From positions 972,070 through 1,036,069 of the forward strand of contig NW_026782006.1 of the NCBI RefSeq assembly GCF_031769215.1: a stretch of DNA of 64,000 nt, in the 5' to 3' direction. This stretch comes from Ylistrum balloti. Lineage: Eukaryota. Below, one piece after another: positions 1 to 12,124 of this stretch (positions are counted from its first letter, which is position 1; each line of letters begins with the position of its first letter). A program made the translations under genes and the position numbers. The notes beneath the pieces are model-generated. The model worked only from the letters and a program-made list of their open reading frames with translations, searched no databases and had not been told where the DNA came from.

Positions 1-231
1 ATGGCAAGAAAAATACATCACTCTCTAGCTCTAAGGTCAGTTTCATATTGATATGAATACATATTGTGTATGTGCTAAAGTCAAAAGCCCCGATTTTGTT
101 ATCAAAGATCATTTGATGTAGTCGTGATGTAAATCACAAATCTGACACCAGAGATGGCAAACTCAGAAAGAATTTGATAGGTAGAAGTGAAAATAGGATA
201 GTAAAACAAAGACATCATTTAATTGTTTTAG

Positions 232-396
232 CACAGACATATAGTGCCTCGTGACACGGTTCTGGACTTCATTAATATGATGCTGAAAAGAGCGATGACT
301 GCACTAGCATGTGTGACGGAGGAGAATCTAGGGCATTGGTACTCACACACAGAGAGGGATGACATAAAACAGGACTACAGAGAAAAGGTCATCAAG
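232..396 (+). CDS. Gene A internal coding exon (alt. start 244). Peptide HRHIVPRDTVLDFINMMLKRAMTALACVTEENLGHWYSHTERDDIKQDYREKVIK
   Basis: Acceptor gttttag|c at 230-231 (alt. atatag| at 242-243). Donor ATCAAG|gtcagt at 397. Open frame. Ends phase 0, matching the next exon. Confidence 0.45.
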
Positions 397-889
397 GTCA
401 GTCTCATTGGCTTAAGGTCATTCTCGGATGTTTAAGATCAATCACAATGTGGTCAAGGTCTATACAAGACTTTACTTGGGTTTTTTTTTTATGTGAATGC
501 ATTATTTACAGACGTTTGAGGCAAACATAACCACTTTAGGATGTCATCACACTGTCATAATCTCTGACTGTCAACCGATTCCTATATTCCTTTATTTTCC
601 TATATTTTGGTTCAAAAACCTGTATTTTGAAAGAAATCCCATATTTCCTATATTTTCCTAGTTTATGAAAAATATTACTATAATTTTCAGGAAATTTGTT
701 GCTGATAAATGTAAAGATTGTAAATATTTCTTTGATACTGCTATTGGCTTCTTTTACAAGTTAGAGAATTCCTAAGTCTTTAACAGCATCACCAGCCACC
801 AGAAAATGATTCAGTGCATCTCTTTATCACCTGTATGGGCACCTTGCAAGGCAGTGCAACAGGATATTGGCCTTTTAGGTGCCCATTCA

Positions 890-890
<1 letters not shown>

Positions 891-921
<31 letters not shown>

Positions 922-930
922 GCTATACAG
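891..930. repeat. (GAT)n microsatellite, about 13 units
   Basis: gatgatgatgatgat…. It produces the spurious poly-His minus ORF 789-995. Confidence 0.9.
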
Positions 931-1453
931 CAGCTCTCTGCCTGGATTGTGATGCTGTTGAAGTGAATGGTTACTTTAACGTAGTTTTCAATCATTGATT
1001 ATTATAGAAACAGTAAGTGAAGGTAAAAATTGTTAGCATATATGCCTTTGAATGAAACAATTTTCGTTTGAAAAACTTATATGTCTTGCCTCAAAACTAG
1101 CAAAAAGCTCCAATATTTGTTGAAAAAATGTTCCTATATTCCTCCTATATTTTAAAGAAGATTTGGTTGACAGCCTGTAATCTGGACATGTTACCATGAC
1201 AATCCAGCAGGTGACATTATACTGAAAAGTGCTTTGCACTTGTGAAAAAAATATTCTGTCATACTCCTGAAATATATATGATAATAAATGGTATAGTTTT
1301 AATTAAATACTCTTCTTTATTATTGACCCTCACATGGTTTTATGACTTTATCAATTAATCTTAGGGTCTGAAAAAGTGAATTATTAAAAATTCACAAGCA
1401 TAGTATAGGATTCTTTATCAAAATACACCAGTGCACTTGTCTATACATTGTAG

Positions 1454-1559
1454 GCTGTCCCTGAGATTAAATCTCTGTTGGTGTGTTGGGACCATGCGAC
1501 AACACTTGGTTCCGAGGTCAAGACACAGGAGCTTGATAACGATGAAAGCAAAATCACAG
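1454..1559 (+). CDS. Gene A exon. Peptide AVPEIKSLLVCWDHATTLGSEVKTQELDNDESKIT
   Basis: Acceptor cattgtag|GCT. Donor CACAG|gtaaaag. Phase 0 in, phase 1 out, consistent with its neighbours. Confidence 0.55.
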
Positions 1560-1820
1560 GTAAAAGTTCTATAGGTCGTCAATAGTTATTTGTTGAAATC
1601 AAAGTGACGTCTTTCATAGTGTTGTCAATTAACAGTTGTTGTGGGAGTTTTTGTCAAAATTCAGGTGTAGTTAAAGTCCATTTGGCCACTTGTTTACATG
1701 ATGGAAGAATTTTTTTATCATTTGTGACATCATTAGATAAAATGTTGACTTGGTAGCTAATTTGATCCTTTTAGAAATAAATCATAATAATTGTTAAAAT
1801 GAAATGTGATCTTTCTGCAG

Positions 1821-2206
1821 ATGTGACCTTTGTGACCCCTCTTCAACACATGATCAAGATACAACAGACACTGTGCCTATATCAAGACCTTGTGCCCTCT
1901 GTGCTTGTGGATGACCCTGTTATTATCTATAAGCTCCTGGGTGGTGTCAAAAAATTGTCCCAGAAAACTGCCGTGAAAAATGATGAGCTAAAGATGGATA
2001 CAGATGACAATGGCAACCAGTCAGAAAAGAATGATACTAAAAGTGACCAATCAACAGAAGCTAATGATCACCATGACCAATCAGAAAAATCAGCTGAAAC
2101 GATTGACCAATCAGATTCCAAAACATTTGATCACATGCTTCCTCAGTTATACCTTCTCAAACTTTTATCTAGGACAGATGCACGCAAGCTGCCCTGGGGT
2201 AAAGAT
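1821..2206 (+). CDS. Gene A exon. Peptide DVTFVTPLQHMIKIQQTLCLYQDLVPSVLVDDPVIIYKLLGGVKKLSQKTAVKNDELKMDTDDNGNQSEKNDTKSDQSTEANDHHDQSEKSAETIDQSDSKTFDHMLPQLYLLKLLSRTDARKLPWGKD
   Basis: Acceptor ctttctgcag|AT. Donor GAT|gtatgt at 2207. The alternative donor G|gtaaag at 2199 breaks phase with the next exon. Phase 1 in, phase 0 out. Confidence 0.65.
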
Positions 2207-2807
2207 GTATGTATGACACATTTTAGGTTTTAACTTGTGTTGACAGCATTGTCAGTATATATGGAGGTTAGAGAAGATTAGAAATATTTATGATTACGAG
2301 GGTATTATTGTTCTGTCAGTAAAATCAAATTTAATGTAAACCAGTAATCCTTCATCACATAGTAGTTCAGGTCCCATTGTATGCTGTCATTTTCAAAACA
2401 ACTTGAAAGAGTGAAGTGTGATGTGTACTACCCTGTTCTGACATAAGATTTAGGTAATGAATGACATCACACACACTGTTTGCATTATGGCATAACAATA
2501 GAGACCGTATCTATGACTTGAAGTTTGAGGTGGAAATGTTTCTACAATATTTCCCTGAATAGTCACTGCTGTGATGAAATGGATCTTAAATTTGGTTCCG
2601 TATGATATATATAATTTATATTTGGTCACTAATCATTCAATATGGCTATTCTTATTGACTCTCTAGAAAAAAAATGTTATTGTGCTTAATGATCACTCGA
2701 GAAACTTGTATATCAATAAATTTGTTATTGTGATAATGTAGAATTTTAAGTTAACTAATTTAAGATGGTTGATTTTCGTTTGAAAAAAAATTTATGCATA
2801 TTTCTAG

Positions 2808-2915
2808 AGTCAAGATGGTCGCTCCCTGATGCACATATTATTAGAGATAATGATGGAGGTCAGTTCTATCTGCCAGAATGATTTGACACTCACAACAAGG
2901 GACCTTATATCCCAG
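2808..2915 (+). CDS. Gene A exon. Peptide SQDGRSLMHILLEIMMEVSSICQNDLTLTTRDLISQ
   Basis: Acceptor tttctag|AGT. Donor CCCAG|gtaaat. Phase 0 in and out. This donor motif is then copied about 9 times in the tandem array that follows. Confidence 0.65.
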
Positions 2916-3420
2916 GTAAATATTTACAGACCCATGTCACTACCAGGGACCTTATATCCCAGGTAAATATTTACAGACCCATGTCACTACCAGGGACCTT
3001 AATTCACAGGTAAATACATACATCTCCCAGGTAATTATTTACAGACCTGTGTCTCTACAAGGGACCTTAGATAACAGGTAAATACATACATCTCCCGGGT
3101 AATTATTTACAGACCTGTGTCTCTACAAGGAACCTTAGATAACAGGTAAATACATACATCTCCCAGGTAAATATTTACAGACCTGTGTCTCTACCAGGGA
3201 CCTTAGATAACAGGTAAATACATACATCTCCCAGGTAATTATTTACAGACCTGTGTCTCTACCAGGGACCTTATATCACAGGTAAATATTTACAGACTCA
3301 TGTCACTACCAGGGACCTTAATTCACAGGTAAATACATACAGACCCATGTCATTACCAGGGACTTTAATTCACATATTAATACATACATCTCCCAGGTAA
3401 ATATTTACAGACTCTTGTCG
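2899..3420. repeat. Tandem array of about 9 units of 47-65 bp. Each unit contains caggtaaata(t/c)…tttacag, a copy of the donor of exon 2808-2915
   Basis: Direct repeats gggaccttatatcccaggtaaatatttacagacccatgtcactaccag and a longer variant. Confidence 0.85.
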
Positions 3421-3805
3421 ATGCAAGTGGCCTTAATTAACTCCCAAGTAAAGATATTGTTTACAGACACATTGCACAGGTAAAGCATGGGTTAAGAAAA
3501 TACCCTCTTTTCTGTCAATAGTTTCATATTATGTCCTTAAATTTCTCTGTGTTGAGGTATAGTACCAAGCTTTTTTGTGTAGGAAAGGATGTACGCTATC
3601 ACTTCTCTCGTAGGATTTCTTTTTCTGACAGCCTTCCCCTTACAGGGTAGTGGTGTTATAAGATTTTAGCTAGGTAGAAAGGCAGACTCTCTAAACAAAT
3701 ACTGTGTAGGAGATCAGGTATAACAAACACTGTAAAAATCATAGTATTTTACAGCCATATTTTGTGTATATATTTTTTATTACAATATGTTTTCCTTTCT
3801 AACAG

Positions 3806-4079
3806 TTGCTGTTTAGCACCGGTTTATTTGAGTACCACCAGGGAGAGCTACAGTTATGGATCAGACAGTTCAGTGTGTCCATGAAGAACCTCACTACTAA
3901 TGAAGACAAGGTCGAAGTTATCAAACTATTGGCTCATGTTTTTACTACCTTCATCAAGAACCCCTATCCCTATGTTGACAAGGTCAGTGACTTCGTATCA
4001 GAGGCCATCACCATGGAGACAACAGGGGGAAGTAACTTAGACAATATTAGTGTTGGAACTCATGACAGCATTATTGATG
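3806..4079 (+). CDS. Gene A exon. Peptide LLFSTGLFEYHQGELQLWIRQFSVSMKNLTTNEDKVEVIKLLAHVFTTFIKNPYPYVDKVSDFVSEAITMETTGGSNLDNISVGTHDSIID
   Basis: Acceptor tttctaacag|TTG. Donor GATG|gtaaat. Phase 0 in, phase 1 out. Confidence 0.7.
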
Positions 4080-4415
4080 GTAAATATCATTATGGCCAAT
4101 ATACCTTTTCTTCCATATTTTGACCTTGTCAAATCTTACCTGGAGGTCATCTTCCTCAGTCAGTACTCCATTCATGTTTTTCAAGCTTGGTAGTCTTTAT
4201 TATAATGACATGAATTTGTATTTTCTCAGTGGTATTTTGATTCATTGATTATAACCTGATGTTGTATATAGAAAGTAGTTTTCACATTTTTTCCATCCCC
4301 TAGTATATCCACATTTTGAGAACATGATTAACAACCATTCACCTGGGAATAATGTAATACAATTAATGCATTGTGTACTAAGTTCATGTTAAGAGAACCT
4401 AACTACTTTTTTAAG

Positions 4416-4500
4416 GAATACTGGACATGGATGAGGATATGGAGCCAGAGGATACCACTGATTCTGTTACTACAGCAGATGTCAATGAGGATGCCTTTAG
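4416..4500 (+). CDS. Gene A exon. Acidic peptide GILDMDEDMEPEDTTDSVTTADVNEDAF
   Basis: Acceptor ttttttaag|GA. Donor TTTAG|gtagtc. The ORF-track frame 4371-4634 is a different, non-protein-like frame. Phase 1 in, phase 2 out. Confidence 0.6.
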
Positions 4501-4965
4501 GTAGTCAAATTCCATTTGTCAATGAAATTAAGAATATACCTCCACCATTTTCTGGGTTAGGTAATCGTGTCAATCTGGTCCTTGTCTTGTACCACACCAT
4601 CTCATCTTGTCTCAAGTTAATGATATCATTGTAATGAATAGTCCAAGCACTTGTGCATGTCATAATTTTAACTTCATTAGATTTTCAAGATGGCTGTTAG
4701 TGACCATTTTGAATTGCAATATTTAAAATTTCTAACCCCTCATCTGAAGAAAAGGAATCTCCTTGTTTCTTAAGGGATTTTGATCTAGCATTGTCCAAAA
4801 AGATCAGTTATGACTACATCCAAATGGATTCCGGCTTCATGGTTATCAGTTGAAGGTACTGTTTAGAGAAATTTGTTAAATGTTGATATTTTTATGCTTA
4901 GAAGTAGGGACTTTCATTGTTAGCTGTTCTGAGTACAGTCAAAGTTAACATGTTATACATTTTAA

Positions 4966-5925
4966 TAGAAATGAATCAAGCATGTATATTGTGATACTTT
5001 GTAATAGAAAGGAATCAAGCTTGTATATTGTGATACTTTGTAATAGAAAGGAATCAAGCTTGTATATTGTGACACTTTGTAATAGAAAGGAATCAAGCTT
5101 GTATATTGTGACACTTTTGTAATAAAGGAATCAAGCTTGTATATTGTGATACTTTTGTAATAAAGGAATCAAGCTTGTATATTGTGATACTTTTGTAATA
5201 AAGGAATCAAGCTTGTATATTGTGTTACTTTGTAATAGAAAGGAATCAAGCTTGTATATTGTGACACTTTTGTAATAAAGGAATCAAGCTTGTATATTGT
5301 GATACTTTGTAATAAAGGAATCAAGCTTGTATATTGTGATACTATTTTAATAAAGGAATCAAGCTTGTATATTGTGATACTTTTGTAATAAAGGAATCAA
5401 GCTTGTATATTGTGATACTTTTGTAATAAAGGAATCAAGCTTGTATATTGTGATACTTTGTAATAGAAAGGAATCAAGCTTGTATATTGTGACACTTTTG
5501 TAATAAAGGAATCAAGCTTGTATATTGTGATACTTTGTAATAGAAAGGAATCAAGCTTGTATATTGTGACACTTTTGTAATAAAGGAATCAAGCTTGTAT
5601 ATTGTGATACTTTGTAATAAAGGAATCAAGCTTGTATATTGTGATACTTTTGTAATAAAGGAATCAAGCTTGTATATTGTGATACTTTTGTAATAAATGA
5701 ATCAAGCATGTATATTGTGATACTTTTGTAATAAAGGAATAAAGCTTGTATATTGTGATACTTTTGTAATAAAGGAATCAAGCTTGTATATTGTGATACT
5801 TTGTAATAGAAAGGAATCAAGCTTGTATATTGTGACACTTTTGTAATAAAGGAATCAAGCTTGTATATTGTGATACTTTGTAATAAAGGAATCAAGCTTG
5901 TATATTGTGATACTTTGTAATGAAG
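4966..5925. repeat. Minisatellite, 38-39 bp unit, about 25 copies (aaaggaatcaagcttgtatattgtgatacttttgtaata)
   Basis: Perfect or near-perfect direct repeats. Intronic. Confidence 0.9.
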
Positions 5926-6020
5926 GAATCTTTTTGTCCTTTCTACATACGTTATGTAAATTTATAAGCTCACATATCTAATGTGCGGTAAATTACTTTT
6001 TATTTTTCCTTTCTTTGCAG

Positions 6021-6088
6021 GTTTCCCTACAGCCCAATGATGGTGATTGCTCTGGAGCATCTGACAAGGACAAAAGATTGGGCACTGA
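6021..6088 (+). CDS. Gene A exon. Peptide RFPYSPMMVIALEHLTRTKDWAL
   Basis: Acceptor ttctttgcag|G. Donor CTGA|gtgagt at 6089. The GT at 6093 would break downstream phase. The exon end and donor are copied into the following 46-bp array. Confidence 0.6.
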
Positions 6089-7225
6089 GTGAGTATAATT
6101 GGTGATGTGACGAGGAAAAATGATTAGCCACTAAGTGAGTATAATTGGTGATGTGAGTAGGACAAAAGATTGGCCACTAAGTGAGTATAATTGGTGATGT
6201 GAGTAGGACAAATGCTCGGCCACTGAGTGAGTATAACTGGTGATGTGATGAGGACAAAAGATTGGCACTAAGCGAGTATATCTAGTGATGTGAGTAGGAC
6301 AAATGATTGGCCACTAAGTGAGTATAATTGGTGATGTGAGTAGGACAAATGCTTGGCCACTGAGTGAGTATAATTGGTGATGTGATAAGGACAAAAGATT
6401 GGCCACTAAGTGAGTATAATTGGTGATGTGATGAGGACAAAAGATTGGCACTAAGTGAGTATATCTAGTGATGTGAGTAGGACAAAGGATTGGGCATTGA
6501 GTGAGTATAATTGGTGATGTGACGAGGAAAAACGATTAGCCACTAAGTGAGTATAATTGGTGATGTGAGTAGGACAAATGCTTGGCCACTGAGTGAGTAT
6601 GATTGGTGATGTGATGAGGACAAAAGATTGGCCACTAAGTGAGTATATCTAGTGATGTGAGTAGGACAAAGGATTGGGCACTGAGTGAGTATAATTAGTG
6701 ATGTGATGAGGACAAAAGATTGGCCACTAAGCGAGTATATCTAGTGATGTGAGTAGGACAAAGGATTGGGCACTGAGTGAGTATAACTGGTGATGTGATG
6801 AGGACAAAAGATTGGCACTAAGCGAGTATATCTAGTGATGTGAGTAGGACAAATGCTTGGCCACTGAGTGAGTATAATTGGTGATGTGATGAGGACAAAA
6901 GATTGGCCACTAAGTGAGTATATCTGGTGATGTGAGTAGGACAAAGGATTGGGCACTGAGTGAGTATAACTGGTGATGTGAGTAGGACAAATGATTGGCC
7001 ACTAAGTGAGTATAATTGGTGATGTGATGAGGACAAAAGATTGGCACTAAGCGAGTATATCTAGTGATGTGAGTAGGACAAAGGATTGGGCACTGAGTGG
7101 GTATAATTGGTGATGTGATGAGGACAAAAGATTGGCCACTAAGTGAGTATATCTAGTGATGTGAGGACAAAGGATTGGGCACTGAGTGAGTATAATTGGT
7201 GATGTGATGAGGACAAAAGACATAT
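6060..7225. repeat. Minisatellite, 46 bp unit, about 25 copies. The unit contains the exon-5 end plus donor (…ggcactgagtgagtataattggtgatgtga…)
   Basis: Direct repeats. Begins inside exon 6021-6088. Confidence 0.9.
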
Positions 7226-7436
7226 ACATCCGTACAAGTCACTAATACTTAAAAAATTTGTAACCTTCTGAGATGATATTGCCACCTACAGTTGTATAAT
7301 AGCCCAGTGGGGAATCTATGACCAATCTATACTTCAAACTTAACAATACTTATAACAGTTTTCAAAACTATCCTAGCTCTGATGATGGATGATAAAATTT
7401 GAGTTAATTTAAGTTTAATTTATTTACCTGTTTATA

Positions 7437-7680
7437 TCTAATTAATAGGTGTAACAAACTTTGTGTCTATATCTAATTAATAGGTGTAACAAACTTTGTG
7501 TCTATATCTAATTAATAGGTGTAACAAACTTTGTGTCTATATCTAATTAATAGGTGTAACAAACTTTGTGTCTATATCTAATTAATAGGTGTAACAAACT
7601 TTGTGTCTATATCTAATTAATAGGTGTAACAAACTTTGTGTCTGTATCTAATTAATAGGTGTAACAAACTTTGTGTCTGG
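7437..7680. repeat. 35-bp tandem repeat of 7 copies (atctaattaataggtgtaacaaactttgtgtctat). Each copy duplicates the acceptor plus the first 22 nt of exon 7659-7810
   Basis: Perfect direct repeats. Confidence 0.9.
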
Positions 7681-7810
7681 TATTGTCCTGGATCTTTTCC
7701 ACTCCCAAATACAACCTCTCCCTTTGGTGTGTATGCTGAATGCTTGTCATGGAGACCAGCTGGACAGTGGAGTCACCAGTTACATATTGTCATGGTTACC
7801 ATCACAAAAG
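7659..7810 (+). CDS. Gene A exon. Peptide SVTNFVSGIVLDLFHSQIQPLPLVCMLNACHGDQLDSGVTSYILSWLPSQK
   Basis: Acceptor aattaatag|GT is the last of 7 identical acceptor-bearing 35-bp units, so an upstream copy could be used instead. Donor CAAAAG|gtatct. Phase 1 in, phase 0 out. The ORF-track frame 7636-7818 is the wrong frame. Confidence 0.55.
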
Positions 7811-8514
7811 GTATCTAAATGATCAGAAAGGAATGTTTAGAACAAAATTCATTGTTTCTTACAGAGGTCATGGATAATTAGCTTTAGTACTTCAGGTAGT
7901 TAGTAAATATAGCTATATTCCTTGAAGTCCTGCATTTCGATTATGAAAGACCCTGATTAATTACATTTTTCATACCTGCTATAATTGATGTATCCTTACA
8001 AATAAACGTCATTCCTCACACAATCACACCACTGTCACACTCAAAATTAGTCCACAATGGTTACATGTTAGTTGATATCTTTCTGCAAACCATACAATTT
8101 TTGTCTTTTTATGATTACTATTGGAGAAGACATTATTTTGGAGAAAGTTCAATACAATTGTCTCTCCTTTTCATCTTGAATCCATATTGCACTAAAATTT
8201 GTGGTTTAGTTTTATGAGGTAGATGCCATCCTGTATTACACACAGATAAATATCTGTTTTGTATTGTAGTTTGTCTTATAGTGATATGTTTTAGTTTCAT
8301 CAAAATTATGCTTTCAAGACACAGTCAATATTCTTGGCATTTAGCTGTTGACAGAGGTGTAAGTGGGTGTTTGGAATGATAGCTGTAGGTAAACATTGTA
8401 TAGGATCAGATTTAGAAATATTGCTAGGTTGAACCTTTTTACTATGACTGATATAAATGGTGCGACTGCAGATCACTGAGATCACAACCTCACAAGAATT
8501 ATGGTTTATTGTAG

Positions 8515-8724
8515 CTCAAGAAGACAAAAATACCTAGTGAAGGTGTACAGATGTTATCCAGTAGAACAATGATGCATGGCTTCATTAGGTTGTGTGCTAC
8601 AACAGAAGAGGTCAAGGTCGCAGAATTATCAAAGAGTCTGGATGACTTGGATGTGGAAGTCATGCTTCTTGTTGCCAAGCAACTGCTGCTGTATTTTGTT
8701 ACTCTTGAGAAAACTTGCAGCAAG
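8515..8724 (+). CDS. Gene A exon. Peptide LKKTKIPSEGVQMLSSRTMMHGFIRLCATTEEVKVAELSKSLDDLDVEVMLLVAKQLLLYFVTLEKTCSK
   Basis: Acceptor ttattgtag|CTC. Donor GCAAG|gtatgc. Phase 0 in and out. Confidence 0.7.
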
Positions 8725-8933
8725 GTATGCTGATTAATCTGTTAAGAATTCTAGAAATTATCGATTGTTGTTACGGTCAATTCTTAAATTGTTAAACATT
8801 GAATGTATTAGCACACACATAACAGTACTCATTGTCGAAGAGAAAATATAACTCAAATATGAAGAAACTATTATAAGATGACAAATTTTTCCATCTTTTT
8901 TCCTCTGATACAACTAATGATAATTTTTTTCAG

Positions 8934-9906
8934 ATGGGCACAAAATCCAGTGATGCTTTAAAAGTACTTTTAGAAACCCTCATTGCATTAATACACTCAA
9001 GTACAACAAGACAAGCCACAGTTTCAAAAGAATGTGATGATCACTTGACTGAAAATGATTTCAATCTTCTGTCTGACCTTGGTCAGAACTCAAGGACAGA
9101 GCCTCTGATTGAAGTGCTACGAACAGTTTTTACCCACCCGGTGCTGCTCCAATGGTTTCTGTATAATCCAGCTGATAAGCTAGTGGATCCTGCTTACCCG
9201 GCTCTGACAGCCAGTTGTCTTCGACATCTTGTCACATCTCACTTGAGCAAGCTCTTCTTGTCCATTGCAGAACAGGATCTCAGTGATTTGGCACTAGTTC
9301 TCAAAAGATATGTTGAGAAAATTACAAATTTCATGGACTCCATCAAAAAGGGAAAGGAACCAAGTTCCACCTACCAAGAATTGGTTGGATTGATCCAGAA
9401 TAATTTAGGATTATTTACCAAATTCTTAGAGAAAGAGACACAATTTTCACTCCTACACACAGTCCTCTATCTACCAAAATCTTTGCTGATTGGCTTGTCA
9501 TCAGAGTTGTCACCCTTGGGAAATTTCCTCATGAATCTGCTAGAGGAAATGTGTAATAATCTGACCACTCACCACCACAGCCTCGCACTTCTACATATCA
9601 GTGATTTTAAAGTGTTATTAGACATGATGTGCAACATAGACTCAACAGTTCTTGACATTAATTGTCAAAATCTTCTGCAAATATTTCCTCATTTCTCTGT
9701 TGCAATTACTAAGTCAACCATGTGGCGCCTGCTGAATAGCTCCTCTAGTGTGAAACAAGGGATTGCCATGATAGTGGTTAAACATAATTCAGTAGCTAGG
9801 TCCTTTCTAGAGGACTGGATTATGGAAACAAATATTGACGGGGAACAGATGTTTGGGAGCATTCCTTTACTGAACTTGTACCTACAGTGTGTTCTGAACA
9901 GAAAAA
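8934..9906 (+). CDS. Gene A long exon (973 nt, 324 codons). Helical, leucine-rich: MGTKSSDALKVLLETLIALIHSS...LYLQCVLNRK
   Basis: Acceptor ttttttcag|ATG. Donor AGAAAAA|gtgagt. 324-codon open frame. Phase 0 in, phase 1 out. Confidence 0.8.
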
Positions 9907-10157
9907 GTGAGTAATATTGAATGTATGAATGAGACAGAGTGTCCAGATTGGGTTATTGACAACTGACAGAGTGTCCAGATTGGGTTATTGAGTACTGACA
10001 GATATGCTATCAAGAATTACAAAACATTATTATGGTTTTATTATTTCTCGTCTTGTGTGTGTCACTAATGTAAATCGTAATTTGACAGACATATGTTCAA
10101 AAACAACCCAGTTCTAAGAGGTTAAAATGATCTTTTGTTTATTAAATTGTTTTCCAG

Positions 10158-10301
10158 CTGAAGGTGGGGAAGCTGTCCACAAAATCTCTAAAGACTATAA
10201 TGATTGCCTTGGAGACTTGATGGCTACATCTAACCTCCACCCAGAGTTTACAGGACATGTGTGTAAAATGCTTATCTTGCTGTGTAAGCTCCAAGTTATT
10301 G
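10158..10301 (+). CDS. Gene A exon. Peptide TEGGEAVHKISKDYNDCLGDLMATSNLHPEFTGHVCKMLILLCKLQVI
   Basis: Acceptor tgttttccag|CT. Donor TTATTG|gtaagt. Phase 1 in, phase 1 out. Confidence 0.7.
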
Positions 10302-10699
10302 GTAAGTCTGCAATAAGTTCAATGAATTAAGGAATATTTGCTTTAGAAAAGAAAACTACAGCTTTTGACTTGGAGACTTTTTGGATGGGGGACTTCTGAG
10401 ATAATTTGAAAAATGTAGTAATAAACAGAACCAGTAACCCCAGTGTCAGTATTAGGGGAATGGTAATAGTCTTTAGGTTAAACAAAAGTCCTTTAAGATG
10501 CAGTCAGATGCTGTTGATTGTTTTTGATTTAGTTATAATTGGATTCAGAATTTTGTATTTACACTTAAGATTAACAGGTTATAGGTATTCATCACAGAAG
10601 CAGAGAGTGGCCATTCTGATGTTAAAACAAGGAGATGTACTGATTATTAGGGATACATCATATATAAGTCAAGTCATTAGATTCTGCTTTGTTTTTTAG

Positions 10700-10956
10700 A
10701 CAAGGAAAAACAGAAAAATGTTTGTCAGAACATTACCAGTGCTATAAAGACCAAAAAGGTAGTCCAAAAGGATCACATCCAGGTGCTTATCTACCTCTCC
10801 TCTGCTCCACTAGGGGACAGCTCAGAGCCTGTCATTTCTGAACCACAAGTGTACAACGTGTGTCGACGATGTTTAATGTATTGTCTACAGAAAAAGGAGA
10901 GACTGGATGGAGACCTCGTTGAATACCTTCTCCATTTTCTTTCTAAAACCACTCAG
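10700..10956 (+). CDS. Gene A exon. Peptide DKEKQKNVCQNITSAIKTKKVVQKDHIQVLIYLSSAPLGDSSEPVISEPQVYNVCRRCLMYCLQKKERLDGDLVEYLLHFLSKTTQ
   Basis: Acceptor gttttttag|AC. Donor ACTCAG|gtaaga. Phase 1 in, phase 0 out. Confidence 0.75.
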
Positions 10957-11883
10957 GTAAGAGTTCATGTAGAAACTGAATTTATCTGAAGAAATGAATC
11001 TCAGTTCTCAGGATGGGACCATTCAAGGTTGGAATTCAGGAATTCCATCCTGAGGGTTAATCATTTCTGTTTCTGAGCTTATGTTATGGTGCAGCATTTG
11101 ACATTTGGTTTCATCAACTTTCCTTTGAACAACTTTTTCTGAAGAACCAAAAGACAAAGTTGTGATGTTTGGTTTGTAGCTTTCTTTGATGGAGTCTGAC
11201 AATGTTTGAAAAAAAAAAAATAAAAAAGGTCTTTGACCTACTTTCAAGGTCAAAACGGTCAAAGATGATGTTGACCTACCTTGGTCCCGGGGCTCAAATA
11301 TGTCAAAACCTTAAAACAACCTAAAATACTGAAATGCCTAGAGGCATGATATTGGACTGATAGTTTCCTTCAAAGGCGCCAAATAATTTTTGAGAATTAA
11401 AGTTCGCCTACTAGTAGCTGCTCTCTGAAAGGGGGCACATTAGAGGCTAGGAAAGGTTGCTCCACACCATGATTTACCCTGGCATTGCTTAAGGAATGAC
11501 TAGTACCATGATTCATCATGATAATATGTTGACGAGAATAGAGTTCACTTATATTTTCCATCTAGTGTCGATAAATGCATTTCATTGTTTAGATTTCAAA
11601 AGTAACAGTAAAATATAGAACTTTTCAATGTTAACAACAGAACAGATAGAAAAGTACATACAGAAATCATATTTTACCTTTTTTGTAGTGTGTGTGTAGC
11701 TTGTCTCAACCCTAATGTAAGACATCTGGTCATGTTGGCACACAGCTGTCTATGGATAGAGAAGTGCTTTATTATTTAAAAGGAAACTGAAGTTTTCTAC
11801 CACAGGTCATGTTCAGAAATAAAAGTGAGTAGCCACAAGGTATCTAGACTAATGAATTTAAACTTATTTGTGATTTTACACAG

Positions 11884-12124
11884 GATGTGATTGAACAAGT
11901 GAAGCCCTCTGAACTCCGTAAAGACTTCTCCTCCTTTGTGAAAGCTTGTTTACGATCACAGTACGCCTGTGCCAGTACTCATAAGATCCTCAACACTCTG
12001 ATGAAGACTGTGTACTCAAATGGAATGACTCTTGATCTTACTCCTAACATGGTCTTTGATATGGTGCTCAGTCATTCCATGTTTTTGTCCATCATACTGA
12101 ACGAGGAAGGATCAGAGGTCAAAG
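11884..12124 (+). CDS. Gene A exon. Peptide DVIEQVKPSELRKDFSSFVKACLRSQYACASTHKILNTLMKTVYSNGMTLDLTPNMVFDMVLSHSMFLSIILNEEGSEVK
   Basis: Acceptor ttttacacag|GAT. Donor GTCAAAG|gtaaac. Phase 0 in, phase 1 out. Confidence 0.75.

Noticed and set aside
789-995. Minus-strand ORF with a His10 run
   Set aside because: It is produced by the (GAT)13 microsatellite, and there is no other coding signal.
7636-7818. ORF-track frame MCLYLINRCNKLCVWYCPG…
   Set aside because: It is the wrong frame. The phase-consistent frame across the exon is SVTNFVSGIVLDLFHSQ…, set by phase 1 from exon 6021-6088 and phase 0 into exon 8515.
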